Shown: in pieces, positions 1-13,887 of the stretch
Position numbering within the stretch: position 1 is the first letter of the stretch
Layout of the letters: each line of letters starts with the position of its first letter
NCBI GenBank assembly: GCA_054600435.1
Contig: BAAIJX010000033.1
Coordinates: 186,001-249,429 of the forward strand
Origin: Neophaeotheca triangularis
Lineage: Eukaryota
DNA length: 63,429 nucleotides
Direction: 5' to 3'
Position numbers and translations under genes: made by a program
The notes under the pieces: generated by a model
Databases searched by the model: none
Seen by the model: only the letters and a program-made list of their open reading frames with translations
Told to the model about the DNA's origin: nothing

Positions 1-337
1 TGTAGAGTTTGGCCAGGGACGAGCAGCGCAGCCGTTGTATGGATTGCTGAGAGGCTGAGCTGACCTGGGCCCTGAAAGGAACCAAACCCACGTCGAGACA
101 AGCTATATCATTTTACCCGGCCGGCCACGACATATGGCCAGCGACAACAAACACTACTGTACACATGCCTGCGCCCATCAAATAATGATGGATGATAGAA
201 ACCGGCTCTTCCACTGCCTTTTTGATCGATGCCCAGACGTCTCGCATCGGCCACAGCAGTCGGCGTTCCTGCATACTAACTATCGAGCAAGACCGACCCT
301 CACCATGTCGTGCGACATCATCCATAGCAGCATAATC

Positions 338-370
338 AACAACAACAACAACAACAACAATAATAATAAT
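338..370. repeat. (AAC)n/(AAT)n microsatellite
   Basis: aacaacaacaacaacaacaacaataataataat seen directly. Confidence 0.9.
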
Positions 371-2243
371 GATATCAAATAATCCCAAGCAGCCATCAAT
401 TATGCTCCGGTTCCCTGTTCTACTGGCGCCATGCCTTCTCCGCTAGATACCGGATTTACCGATCTCCACTTGCAGGCCCCAGTCGTCCCAGATTCATCTC
501 CATAGCACCAATAGGCTGATAGCTGCGCTCGCTTCCTCTTGGGTGATGAGCGGCCCGGTGAAACATTGAATGCGTACAGGGTTACCCATCTCTCTCAAAG
601 CGCATAACTCACAAGAAGCGGTTCCACCATTCGCCGTCCACCGTCTTGATGGCGCTGAGCACGCAGCCGCGGATGTAAACTTCGCCTGCCGTGGGTTACT
701 TCCGCTCAGGGCTCTCCCAGCCCAGGACCCCTCGATTCCGTTGCCTACAGATTCGTACGACAAGGCAGCCGGGTTGGCAATCTGTACGGCAGTGGAGGTT
801 TTCACGGACTCAATGGCTAGCGATGCCGTATTGGCGAGGGCGCTGCAGCACAGCTGTCGGGCTAATAAAGCCAGGGCCAGGGCAGTCAAGCCTCTCACTA
901 CTGGCCGGCATGCAGATAATGATGGTGCAAATTCAGGCATCGTGACATCGAGCGTACGAAGCGAGTACCTAGGTGGGAAGCGATTGTCGGGAGTCGAGAC
1001 GAGCATCAGCAGAGGTGACGAGCTTACGAACGTGCACATGGCTGCTCCGAAACAATACGAATACATCATGTCCACTTCCCCAAAGGAGCAGTGGAACCAA
1101 CGAATTACTACTGGAGAGCTTTCGTGTCGCCCCGAAGAAGGTTTGAAAGCAATCAATCACAGACGGCTCGCGGGGTTGAGACCTGGGCGATCCTTGCAAG
1201 TTGCTGTTGCTCTTAAAGTAGCGTCTCTCGGAAAGCAGGGTATCTTTACATTCTCCACAGCAAGATCTGCGGATGGAAATAGCGCGAATAATGTGGAAGT
1301 GGCGCATGGCTTTAGTGTTTGGCGTTCTGGTTCCAAGCTGACCGGTCGATCTTGCGTGGGATCTGGTTGGTTGATGTCGAAACGAAAGGAGAAGAGAATA
1401 ATCATCGCAAGTACTGATCTATCGTGAAACATCTCTATCTTGAATGCAAAAAGTGACTGCCCCTCGCGATCACATGGGGTGGACAGGCTTGATGAAACAC
1501 GGCGACGTGGTGAAGACAGGGTATCCGAGGAAAGCCGCGTGAAAGTGGAGTGCTGCACGCAGCCCCTCACCACAAGCAACATAATAACAGACGCGAGGTA
1601 CTGCTAGGAGGTACTCGGTAGGCATGATATGCAATCATTCGTCGAGCAGGACAAGTTCGCTTCGACGTATCTTCGATGACCAACCAGGCGGCCAGAGAGG
1701 CACTATAGCAATCGTAGCAGTAGCGTCCACGGTACGTAAATAGTGAGGCGGTTGTCCTGTAGTCGGCACATCTTCCCCCGATGCCCTTGAACACTGGTAC
1801 AGTAGTATGTGGTTACTGTACATGTATGTACCAATCTGCGGTACTTAACCGTCACCTAACTTACTAAGTTAACCCTCTGCGGCAGTTGCTTTGTTGGAAG
1901 GGCTGGACAGTGGGCGAACGGGAGTTCTCACATGGAAAGATCACATGAAGAGGTGCCTGAGGTTGCTGCCAAGCTCTCTGCTCTCGCCATACCTACCTCG
2001 TAAAAGCCTCTGTAGTACTCCATCTCGTTGGTGGCAAGCAAGTTGGCAACGCAAACACGGCGTCAAGAATACTATCTGAAGACACCACATAACGCTCCTT
2101 GTTCTCACGCCCTTTCACATCTTGTCACATACTCAATTGTCCACATTTGTGTGCGAGCGACTGGAGCTAGACTGTGCTGTACCCAGGTTGAAAAGCTAAA
2201 AGTCAGCCTTTTCATCCGAGGGTCCTTGGTTACTCTAGCCACC

Positions 2244-4490
2244 ATGGAGACCGAAATTAGGTCGCAGATACCGAACTGTGACCCCGTGGTTATCGATTAC
2301 GCTGCCGGATACCTAAACCATGCAGCGAAGCAGTTTCGAACGGAGGGGGATCCTCTGGCAGATGCTGCAACCGCCATCACACAGCTGCTTCTGTCAGCTT
2401 CTGGGGACTTATCAGAGGAAAACGAAGTCACCGTCCAAAACTTGGTGGAGAAGTTCGTGACAAGACTCAACGACGGTTTCGACGGCGAGCGGCGGCAGGA
2501 GGCTCCCTCAGCTAAGCGGCTCGACCAGACAATTCAAGTCGGAGCGCAAAGGAATGTCTCTTCCACTCTGGGCCTTACTGGCGGTGCTGTGGATCTCGAG
2601 TCCGCAAACGCACGCAAAGTCGAGTCTCGCGTTGACAAGAAGAAGCTCGAGAAAGCAGAGCGGAAACTTCGCGCGAAGCAGGAGAAGAAGGAATTCAAGA
2701 ATGTGGAATACGAAGCTTCTAGATTGCTCGATCAGCCGGACGAGCAACAATCCTACGAAGAATTCTTCATGGCTGTGAACCCGCTTCAAATAGGATCCGA
2801 CGCTCAATCCAAGAGTAAGGATATCAAGGTCGATGGCATCGACATTTCTATTGGCGGCAAACGTATCATGTCCGACACTCAACTGACTCTGGCATACGGC
2901 CGCCGATATGGTCTGGTTGGTCAAAACGGTATCGGTAAATCCACGCTTCTTCGAGCGCTCAGTAAGCGTGAGGTGGCCATTCCTACGCACATTTCCATTC
3001 TGCACGTCGAACAAGAAATCACAGGTGATGACACGCCCGCAATTCAGGCAGTGCTTGACGCCGACGTCTGGCGCAAACATTTGCTCAAGGAACAGGAGAA
3101 GATTCACAAGGAGCTGGCAGAGCTCGAGTCGGAGAGGTCATCGATGGCCGACACGTCAGCTGATGCCGCCAAACTTGATAAGCAGCGCGATGGCCTCGAC
3201 ATCACACTCACTGATGTACAATCCAAGCTTTCCGAGATGGAGTCTGACAAGGCCGAACCCAGAGCAGCTAGTATCCTGGCTGGTCTTGGGTTCTCCCCTG
3301 AGCGCCAGCAGTACGCGACCAAAACATTCTCTGGAGGTTGGCGAATGCGTTTGGCTCTTGCTCGTGCCCTGTTTTGCGAACCCGATCTGCTGCTGCTGGA
3401 CGAACCCTCGAACATGTTGGATGTACCGTCGATCACCTTCTTGTCAAATTACCTTCAAACATACCCCAGCACCGTTCTGGTCGTCTCTCACGATCGAGCT
3501 TTCTTGGACGAGGTAGCGACAGACATCGTCCACCAGCACTCGGAGCGTCTAGACTACTACAAAGGCGCAAACTTCCACACTTTCTACAATACCAAGGAGG
3601 AGCGCCGCAAGACTGCTCAAAGAGAATACGAATCCCAAATGGCTCAGCGTGCGCATTTGCAAGCTTTCATCGACAAGTTCCGCTACAATGCGGCCAAGTC
3701 ATCAGAGGCTCAGTCCAGGATCAAGAAGCTCGAGAAGATGCCAGTCTTGGAACCCCCAGAGAGTGTGTACACTGTACATTTCAAGTTCCCCGATGTCGAG
3801 AAGCTTTCGCCACCCATCATCCAGATGAACAACGTATCGTTTGGCTATACCAAGGATAAGCCTCTTCTACGAAACGTCGATTTGGACGTCCAACTTGATT
3901 CACGAATTGGAATCGTTGGTCCCAACGGCGCCGGAAAGACAACAGCCTTGAAACTGCTCATTGGTGCCCTCACTCCCACTGACGGCCTAATCTCCCAAAA
4001 CCCTCGACTGCGCGTTGGATTCTTTGCCCAGCATCACATCGACGCTCTCGACATGACCACCAGCGCGGTGGGCTTCATGTCGGCCAAATATCCGGGCAAG
4101 TCCGACGAGGAATACCGACGACACCTTGGTGCCTTCGGTATTACCGGTATGACTGGCTTGCAGAAGATGGGGCTTTTGTCCGGTGGACAAAAGTCTCGTG
4201 TCGCTTTTGCTTGTCTGAGCTTGACCAACCCGCACATTCTGGTACTTGATGAACCGTCCAATCACTTGGATATCGAGGCTATGGATGCGTTGAGCACAGC
4301 GCTGCAGCGCTTCCAGGGTGGTGTGCTGATGGTGTCGCACGACGTGACGATGTTGCAAAACGTCTGTACCAGCCTGTGGGTTTGCGACAAGGGGACCGTT
4401 GAGCATTTCGATGGCGGTGTCAAGGAGTACAAGCGGAGGATTACAGCTCAAGCGGCCGAGAGTGCCAGTGGTGTGGCAGTGCAGCATTAA
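2244..4490 (+). CDS. GCN20: ABC-F family ATPase, translational regulator Gcn20 (intronless)
   Basis: Two ABC cassettes (GQNGIGKST...FSGGWRMR...LLLDEP; GPNGAGKTT...LSGGQKSR) and no TM segments; ATG in good context (accATGg) at 2244. Confidence 0.93.
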   Translation: METEIRSQIPNCDPVVIDYAAGYLNHAAKQFRTEGDPLADAATAITQLLLSASGDLSEENEVTVQNLVEKFVTRLNDGFDGERRQEAPSAKRLDQTIQVGAQRNVSSTLGLTGGAVDLESANARKVESRVDKKKLEKAERKLRAKQEKKEFKNVEYEASRLLDQPDEQQSYEEFFMAVNPLQIGSDAQSKSKDIKVDGIDISIGGKRIMSDTQLTLAYGRRYGLVGQNGIGKSTLLRALSKREVAIPTHISILHVEQEITGDDTPAIQAVLDADVWRKHLLKEQEKIHKELAELESERSSMADTSADAAKLDKQRDGLDITLTDVQSKLSEMESDKAEPRAASILAGLGFSPERQQYATKTFSGGWRMRLALARALFCEPDLLLLDEPSNMLDVPSITFLSNYLQTYPSTVLVVSHDRAFLDEVATDIVHQHSERLDYYKGANFHTFYNTKEERRKTAQREYESQMAQRAHLQAFIDKFRYNAAKSSEAQSRIKKLEKMPVLEPPESVYTVHFKFPDVEKLSPPIIQMNNVSFGYTKDKPLLRNVDLDVQLDSRIGIVGPNGAGKTTALKLLIGALTPTDGLISQNPRLRVGFFAQHHIDALDMTTSAVGFMSAKYPGKSDEEYRRHLGAFGITGMTGLQKMGLLSGGQKSRVAFACLSLTNPHILVLDEPSNHLDIEAMDALSTALQRFQGGVLMVSHDVTMLQNVCTSLWVCDKGTVEHFDGGVKEYKRRITAQAAESASGVAVQH

Positions 4491-4559
4491 ACTGTTGCTT
4501 CTCGAGGCCGTGGGAAAGTTGAAAACTGTACAGGCATGTGGAGTTTGTAAGTTTGCTCA

Positions 4560-5241
4560 TCAAGCCATCTCCGTCTTGGCAGGACGCCTCAGAATGCTGC
4601 CTTCCGCATCGACTTGACTTGTCTTCGTATACCATTGAACAAGCTTGAAGCCTTTCTTTTCATACAAACCTCGCCCTTCAGGCGAGGCCTCGACCCACGC
4701 TGGCAAGCCCAGATGGTCGGCCAGCCCACAACCCCAATCCATCATCAACTTTCCAGCTCCCTGCCGTTGATACGATGGATGTAGGAACATAATGTGCAAC
4801 CTGCAAAGACGATTAGGAAAGTGGCACCAGATAGAATACGGGTAGGGGAGAAAGCAAGTACATTATGTGCGGCTCATTGCCGATGGCCGCCCTTCTTCGA
4901 GTCTCCCAGTTCTGCTGCGTCTGCTCCACGACCGCTCGTTCCTCACCCTGAAGCCACACTGGCGGGCTCTCTAGAGGTGCTTTGGGCATGCCGAGAGTGT
5001 GCAGTCGCCAGTTGCTGCAGCCCGCAAGTTTGCCCGTTGTCGAGTCGGTGACTTTGATCCATCTGTCCAAAGGGTCGGTTTTCATGGTGTGTAGGAAGCG
5101 CAGGCGGGCTGCTTCTTGTCCCCCTTCGCCCTCGCTGCCGCCGAACAACCTGACAATTTCGGACGGAAAAGTCTCGTAGTAGACGCGAATCATTTCATGA
5201 GTGTCTGATTCTGTCAGGGGGTTAATGGTGAATTGCGCCAT
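4560..5241 (-). CDS. GNAT-family N-acetyltransferase (2 exons, intron 4801-4861)
   Basis: Acetyl-CoA motif HPSYQRQGAG and C-terminal EASPEGRGLYEKKGF; GT..AG intron joins ORFs 4813-5241 and 4560-4799 in frame. Confidence 0.85.
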
Positions 5242-5937
5242 GTTCTGTTCCGAGAGCTAAGTGCTTTGCGGTTGTATTGATAGTGGGAAGAATCAGAAGT
5301 ACAGGAGGAGATATGCTCGTTCTTTCAGCACGGCTACGCGAGCCTGAGCGCTACTAATAAGCATTGCTACATACTACTGTGGGTCGGCGGTTATGAGGTA
5401 GGATTGAGTGGGCGTCTAATAAGGTAAGGTAGTTCTATCAATTGCGCGTTTACAAGATTGGAAAATTCTGTCGAAAGTAGTCGTTCTGGATGATGAACAA
5501 CAATGATGTATTTCGTCGGGGAGACAGGTACCTAATATTTACTGTAAGAAGATTTATTTGACAGAGAGGCGGTGGGTGAGGTCGGTGAGGTAACGCTTGG
5601 CCTTGCTGCTGTCGTGGGTGATGAGGTGTCTCTCGGCAATTGGCTTTGGTGGGGCTCTCTCTCATCAATCAATAATCAATCAATCTGTCCCGCCAGCCCT
5701 CCAGCCAGTCGTGTGCTGTCAGTAGTCTTGGACAGTCCCGCAAGGGTCTTCCGATTTTCTCCCACCTCCCACCAAAGCCAGTTTAGTTAGCATTGTCTGT
5801 CTGCCTCTTCCTTTTACCTCACCACTTCTCCTTCACCTCTTCACTACCACCTTACTTCTCACCATCCCATCCCAACAACAATAACAACCTCTTCCTCTCA
5901 GAACCCTTTCCAACCACTTCACCACCACTCAATCAAC

Positions 5938-7536
<1,599 letters not shown>

Positions 7537-9579
7537 GCGTGTCATTTCGTTATTGCATTGCACTTTGATCTAGCGCTTGTTAACATTGTTGGGGGGTCTA
7601 CGAGAGGCATCATGAGATGATGATTCAACACGATGCGCGAATTGCTTGCTGCACGATACCAATGGGTCTGTCTTCAACGGCATGGGAACTATAAAAGCTG
7701 GCATTGCAAGGCGCAGGAGGCGTTCAACCAAAAGAGGGATGGATAGTGGTAGATGCTCGGCCGGGCGCTCTTCATTAGAGCACCTCACTTCAACGGAGGC
7801 TGGCAGGGCATAGAAAGTTTAATGTAGCTCAGTCTACGGATTTCCGCACCCGTCTACTGCCATTTGCCACTAAACCGTGGAGCGTTTCAGGTAGCTCGCT
7901 GTCTCTTTACGACCGTCGGGCCTCCGCGCTCCTGGGGCAAGGCCATCTCGTTGCTCAATGTTTGGTCCTCCCTTGATATCAGCAAGAAGCGGACGACCTC
8001 TTCTCGTTTTGAAGCTGCACCGTGCCCTTCGAGAGATGCAACATACCCAACTCTGGCCATGAGAGGCTGACAGAATCCAGGTAGACACTCTGCTCTGACT
8101 GACCTATCTCGCTCCTCCCCTCGGTCTGTTGCTTTGACCCCTAGGTCCTCTAGACCTTGAACACCACTCCCCCGAGGTACATAGTGTCAATTAATTCTCG
8201 GCTTGCAGACAACAGGGACCGATTCTTCTATATCTACATTCTTGATCAACGAACAACCGTCTTCTCTGCATCGCATACCTTAAGTGCTCTATCTAGCTCT
8301 GCATCCAAGATCATCAATTTTCATGGAAAGAGCTATCGTCAGCAGCACTCGGATAGGCGGGAAGACCGGGCGGGCCTGAATAGGTCGACAAGTCGGTGAG
8401 AGTGCATGTAACATTAACGACAAAGTAGGTACCTACCTAGTTCTCTACGAGGGAAAAACACTGTTTGCAAAAGCAACGCCACTTGGTTGTCAGGAGCGTT
8501 AAGTCTTTCACCAAAACCCAGAGCTTCGATTACATCGTAATCAGCAACTCAGATCATCAGTCGTCATTGACTAGACAAAGCCGGGGGGTTGAGCAGCTTC
8601 GTGTCACTTTCGGTGATATGTCTACTGGTAGTGGACTAGTGCTTTACTGCCTGCTATGGTGCTATCTATCTACGAAACAACAGTATTCTCGTTGTGAAAA
8701 TGCTCTTGACCAACAGTTTTGTCACGTTTTTCGGATTGCCGAGCGTATATGACTACTTCCCGACTCCCTACAAATGCGCAGGTAGAGCGTTGCAAATCGC
8801 GAGCTGTTAGTGGCGGGTATGCTAGCACGTTCCCTCGCCCAATAGACACGGTTGTCTTTGATTTAATGTCGTGTTTTACAAAATCAACATTAAAGAGATA
8901 TGAGATGGTCTTGGTATGCACCTCGAATGGGGGAAACGCTATGACCTTGAGGCTCGGTAGTGGTTATGTGTAGGGCGGCACGTAGGTCTCAGTGTTCTAA
9001 GTCGAAAAATCACAGAGCATAGGGGCCAAGGACAGACAGTGGCATTCTTTGGCAGTACCGTATAGAGTGGGTACGAAGCTAAGGCATCAGCTGAAATGGG
9101 ACCGTAGTGGTGGTGTAGAGGCGTTTTAAGAAGATACAAGTGGGCGCTTCAGCTCTGTCTAGATAAGACATAGCATTGCGATGGCCAGAAAGAGGTGTTG
9201 ACGCCATGTGATTTCTGCCCGGTGCTTAGATGAGATCGTTACCTACAGCAGCCTCGAGAGCAAGTTCTGGAGAGACTAGATGCGCTTGTAAGCTGGCGGG
9301 AGCGACAACGAAGGAAAGTAGCTACCTAGGTAGCACATACACGTCGATCACTTTGAGCACATTATCAAGTAGCAAGTAAGTTCATTCGCAGGCCATCTAC
9401 GGGGGGGGTATCTTTAGCATGCTTGCGCCTCTTGCCGGCCGAGAACTCCGAATGCTTCCTCAAATGCCCCACATACTCCATCGCGAATGATTCCACGTAC
9501 CTTCCTTTCCACGTCCGCAGTAGACTTGTGATGTCTGTCACTGTTTTGCGGTGTCGAGTTTGGGCGGATGATGAATCTC

Positions 9580-10825
9580 CTAGACGGAAGGTTCTTCCTC
9601 CTCCTTCTCCTCGTCCTCACCAGCATCGCGCGATTTCTTAAAACGTGTCTTGCTTCCGGCAATGCTCGCGGAAACGACACGGTGATCGAAGTGACGGCCG
9701 TCAAAAGCATCGACACAAGCCTTGGCGGCGGTGGAGTTGTTGAACCGCAGGGTCACGACGCCGTCCTCCTCACGGTCGTAGAGCACCAGATTCGTAACGG
9801 GTCCAAACTTCTCGGCCTCGGCGAGAATATCCTCCTTGATGTCGACAGCGGCACTCGGGTCGTCGGCGAGTTCTTTGAGGGTGAACATCTGCTTGAGGAC
9901 GACTACCTTGTCCCAGCGGTTGGATACCTCGGGAAGGGTTTGAGGCTCCTCGTCGTCAGACCACTCTGCAACACGGCGCCTCATGTCCTCGTTGTGTTTG
10001 TTGATCTTGGCGAGGTCAGCCTTTCCGCGCTTCGCTTGAGGCTTCTTCTTGTCGCCGTCCCCTCCATGACCCTCAGCGTCGTCATCCTTCTGCGCCTTGT
10101 AGCTTCTGTCGGCCTGTTCCACATGGATCTTTGCACCAGTCGCGGGCTCGCCGGGCCAGTAACCATCGTCGAGCATGCTGACTGCCTGCATGACAGATTC
10201 GGGGCGGTAGAAGACGATGAGAGCCTCCCCTTTGAACTGTCCGTCCTTGTCACGGTACATCTTGATGCGCGGCTCTTGGGTGTCCATGCTCTCTTCGATC
10301 ACTCCACCGTACTTGGTGAATGTTTCCTGTACATCTTGCAGCTCAAGGTGCTTTGGCAGGCCCGTGACCCAGATGGCGGTGTTTGGGCGAGGCTCTGAGG
10401 TCTTTGCTTTCTTGTTGGCCTTCGCCGGGGGTGTGTTGTCTTCGCCTTCGACCTTGCGCTTCTTCACCTCGTGGGCAAGCTCATCCTCATCCACGCCGGC
10501 GACCTTGTAGGCAGACTGTTGTTGGTCCAAGAGCGCCTGGTCAACCTAGATTCACCGAACGTTAGCAAAATGAGGTTGTATTGGCTGCGCGAGCTTGATC
10601 GCACCAGAAGAGGCAGAGGGATCGTCGTACCTCTGGAATCCACTGCTTCCACTTCGCGGACCAGCTGAACTGCGCCCCTTTCTCGTTGCGGAGCGAGTAC
10701 TCGTCGTTGGCGAGCTTGAAAATGCGCGAGTCGGCCTCGAACTCGGCGGGGTCGCGCGGGTAGGGCGCGATGGCGACGGGGGTCGACAGGACTCTAGTCC
10801 TGTCGGGGGAAGAGAAGTCTTCCAT
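9580..10825 (-). CDS. CUS2: U2 snRNP-associated splicing factor Cus2/Uap2/TAT-SF1-like (RRM + UHM; intron 10546-10630)
   Basis: NTAIWVTGLP, RIKMYRDKDGQFKGEALIVF, VVVLKQMFTL..DIKEDI..KFGPV, FDGRHFD; 5' exon ending WKQWIPE splices in frame; exact C-terminus less certain. Confidence 0.85.
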
Positions 10826-10929
10826 TGTTTGGGGGCCGGTGAAGGAATTGCAGTCACCGAGGCGCGTCCAGGGTGTGTTGGTAGGTGAAGCTTGCTGTCG
10901 TAAGAGCTCACGAAGCACCTCAATTAGCA

Positions 10930-12050
10930 CAAGTCAACAATGACGTTGGCGCTAGAACAAAGCTCAGACCTCCTTATTAAGATTCTACCCAAACGCTAAC
11001 CCTAAGCTCGAGATCTCTGTTCCGGGCTATACCATCGAGCTAGTGAGGGTAGACTATCCTACATATTGGGGGAACAAGGGCTATATAGGACTTTTCATGA
11101 AGAAGTAACGACGGGAGTATGTGACATTTGCAAACTGTAGCCGGGAAGAGAGTCTTTGTGGAAAAATATGTCTCTTCGAAAGACCCTTTTCGTTGTCCCT
11201 GGCCTGGCCCCATGCTAACTCCCGCTGTGTGCTACCCACGCGGAGATTCAAAGCAAGTGAGAGCTACACCACCCCTATTGCAATATAACAGTACAAGGCC
11301 AACGCTCCTCAAAACGCGGCCGGGAAGTACGCGCAGTAAGAAGACTAGTTGATCCTCGAGGCCTCCCATCATTCATCCCCGGCTCAAACATAGGTTGTAT
11401 TGCATCACGTTGGTCCGGCATTCCACGCACGGCATCCCCATTCACGAGGAGAGCAACACCGTACCACTAAGTCTACCTACCCACCCACTGCCGGGAGAAA
11501 CGTGCAGTGGTGATATCAAGGGACCATATACTCCTCTTCAGTCTACTCTCTGCTTCTATCCGCACCACATCGTACCATGTGATCAATCGAATAGATCCTT
11601 TGGCTCTGCTTAAAGGAGATCCATAGCACCGGACTATAATCCCTTGCGGTTAGCCAGGAGCAAGACACTCCCCCGGGTTTACTCAGTGCTCCAGACTCCG
11701 TCGCCACCTAGCGTTCTTGAACGAGAGAGCCGGATACTTCACCCTAGAGGACAACACAGGCATGCTATCAACAGACTCTGGGATTTTGCCGGGAACAAAG
11801 GCAACGCATGAAGTTGGATGATCTCATCGTCTCCCTGGCCTACCCTATGCTGCCAACTGTACTATAAACCCCAGGTGCAAAGGCGACAAAGTAGAGTAGT
11901 GCTCCCCGAGTCGTGGCAAAGGTACAGCTCCATAGCCACGAGGCTATTGCCAGGGGGAGAGGAATTTGGAGACTAGAGGCAAGGCACGTCTCAATGGGAA
12001 GTGTCACTAGAAGATAGAACGGCGCTCTCGATACACAGGCACTAGGCAGA
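10930..12050 (+). ncRNA. Candidate long structured ncRNA, possibly telomerase RNA
   Basis: No recognisable gene; CTAACCCTAA at 10996-11005; many complementary segments found by eye (see findings); boundaries approximate. Confidence 0.35.
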
Positions 12051-12054
12051 GGCT

Positions 12055-13368
12055 CTACAATTTTGCAGCACTTCCGCCACCTGACCGTGTCATCACATCC
12101 CTAGACTCCTGCTTCACAGCCAATTCCAGCATGACCTCCTCGCTACCACCACCGACAGTGTGTACTCTCACGTCCCTTCCGATACTCTCAATACGTGCCC
12201 CTTGGCCGCTCTTGTTGTAGCTTGCGCCTCCCAAGACCTGCTGAGCTTCCCTGACACATTTCTCCAAGCACCTCGTCGACATCACCTTGAGCAGAGCCGT
12301 TTGGCCAGCGACATTGACCTCCCTGCCCGTCACCCGAGCGGTTTCAATGACATGAATGAGCTGCTCTAGGTAGGCATGTGCCGGTTCGATTAGTAATCCA
12401 AAAGTCGCAATCTTTGATCGGATGGCATGGTGCTCGATTAGCTTCTTGCCGAAAGTCTCCCTCTTGCAGGCGTAATTGTACGCATCCTGGGCCACGACTC
12501 TTGATAGCCGCAAGGCTGCCGTGGCTAGAGCTAACCGCTCTGGGTTGAAGTTTGACATGATCAGCGCAAAACCCTGTCCCTCTTTACCCAGGAGATTATC
12601 GAGGGGAACCTTGACATTGTCGAATTCGATGAAGGTCGAGCCAGAGGCATGGACTCCCGTATTGTACATCCGGAGTGTAGTTACGCCTTCGGCCTTGAGC
12701 GGGACCACCAGCAGACTGATTCCGGCATGTCCAGGGCCGCCCGTGCGAACCGCAGCCGTGCAAAAGTCCGACCAAATGCCATTGGTAATCCACTTCTTGC
12801 TACCGTTGACGATGTAGCACTCTCGACCGTCCGAGCCCTGTTGCCTCACAGCAGTAGTCTGGATGTTCGACACGTCACTACCAGCATCTGGCTCGGTGAT
12901 GCCCAAACAGAACCTCAAGTCGCCCCGTGCAACGCCAGGAAGCCATCGTTGTCGTTGCTCCGGTGTGCCAAACCTCGCTACTGGCGGACACCCGATGCCA
13001 TTGCCACCGTTCAGACCCCAAGTAACTCCACACCATCCCATTCGGGCAAACTCATCCGCACACATATAGGCGCACCAAGAGTCCCATTCACCGTGCTGGA
13101 TGCCAGCAGGAAGATCGACGCCACCGGTATCTCGCGGGTCGACGATTGGATGCACGACGCTGAAACCGAGCGAGCAGTATCGCTTGCGTATTTCGTCTGG
13201 GACTTTGCCGGCTTCGTCCCACTCTTGTGCATGAGGGAGAAGCTCAGTCTCGACGTACTCTCGAACAAATCTCCTCAGAGCTTGGTGTTTGGGTTTGTAA
13301 TGAGTTGCGTTTTCTGGGAGATCAAGTTGAGGGAGCAGCGGATCCGAGAAAGGTGTTGGTGGCGCCAT
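12055..13368 (-). CDS. Acyl-CoA dehydrogenase family protein (intronless)
   Basis: CLGITEPDAGSDV, NGSKKWITNG, FNPERL, RETFGKKL, QVLGG, GGGSEEVM; C-terminal AKL is a PTS1-type peroxisomal signal. Confidence 0.92.
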   Translation of the reverse strand: MAPPTPFSDPLLPQLDLPENATHYKPKHQALRRFVREYVETELLPHAQEWDEAGKVPDEIRKRYCSLGFSVVHPIVDPRDTGGVDLPAGIQHGEWDSWCAYMCADEFARMGWCGVTWGLNGGNGIGCPPVARFGTPEQRQRWLPGVARGDLRFCLGITEPDAGSDVSNIQTTAVRQQGSDGRECYIVNGSKKWITNGIWSDFCTAAVRTGGPGHAGISLLVVPLKAEGVTTLRMYNTGVHASGSTFIEFDNVKVPLDNLLGKEGQGFALIMSNFNPERLALATAALRLSRVVAQDAYNYACKRETFGKKLIEHHAIRSKIATFGLLIEPAHAYLEQLIHVIETARVTGREVNVAGQTALLKVMSTRCLEKCVREAQQVLGGASYNKSGQGARIESIGRDVRVHTVGGGSEEVMLELAVKQESRDVMTRSGGGSAAKL

Positions 13369-13887
13369 TACTACTGTCGAAGGTAGACCCTTGGTTCAAT
13401 TCAAAGGAAGAGGATCTTCTACTCTATGGAATATTATCGATAGCCTCATATGTCAAAAGACAACGGGCACCACCTACCTCTGTTCTTGATGTAGCTTGCT
13501 GGTAAAGCGAGTCTTATCTGCATGGCCCACGGTACACTGGCCCCCGCAGCACAGGCCTCGGCTCCCGGGTATTGAAGGGTTTCCGGAGATGGCCCGTTGT
13601 GTGTAAATAACGACTCGACCATTGGACATACTCGAAAATTGCCCAAAGACTGGTTTGGACTTTGCATTGCGGGCGCTACTGCTGCCATCGATCCGTACGT
13701 ACCTAACAAAGTCGTTTGAAAGCCGATTGTATCCCTTGCATGTCCCTTCGGGAAAACAAAACTCCTCGTCCCCTGATATGCGAATCAAAATATACCGCCC
13801 CCTTGATAATGCTGCGCCTCGCTAATAAGCAATGGGCGATGCCGATAATTGTGCGGTAACGGAGCGATGCCTCCAAATACCATCCGA

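Noticed and set aside
1..330. Possible spliced 5' end of a minus-strand gene running off the window
   Set aside because: Splice-like signals exist but no frame gives a recognisable protein
494..1582. Overlapping 220-285 aa ORFs on both strands
   Set aside because: No recognisable domain or coding bias; cannot support a gene call
2028..2243. N-terminal extensions of GCN20 (and likewise DAK, hmgA, CYP504) from alternative start codons
   Set aside because: ORF track allows TTG/GTG starts; downstream ATGs have good context and match expected N-termini
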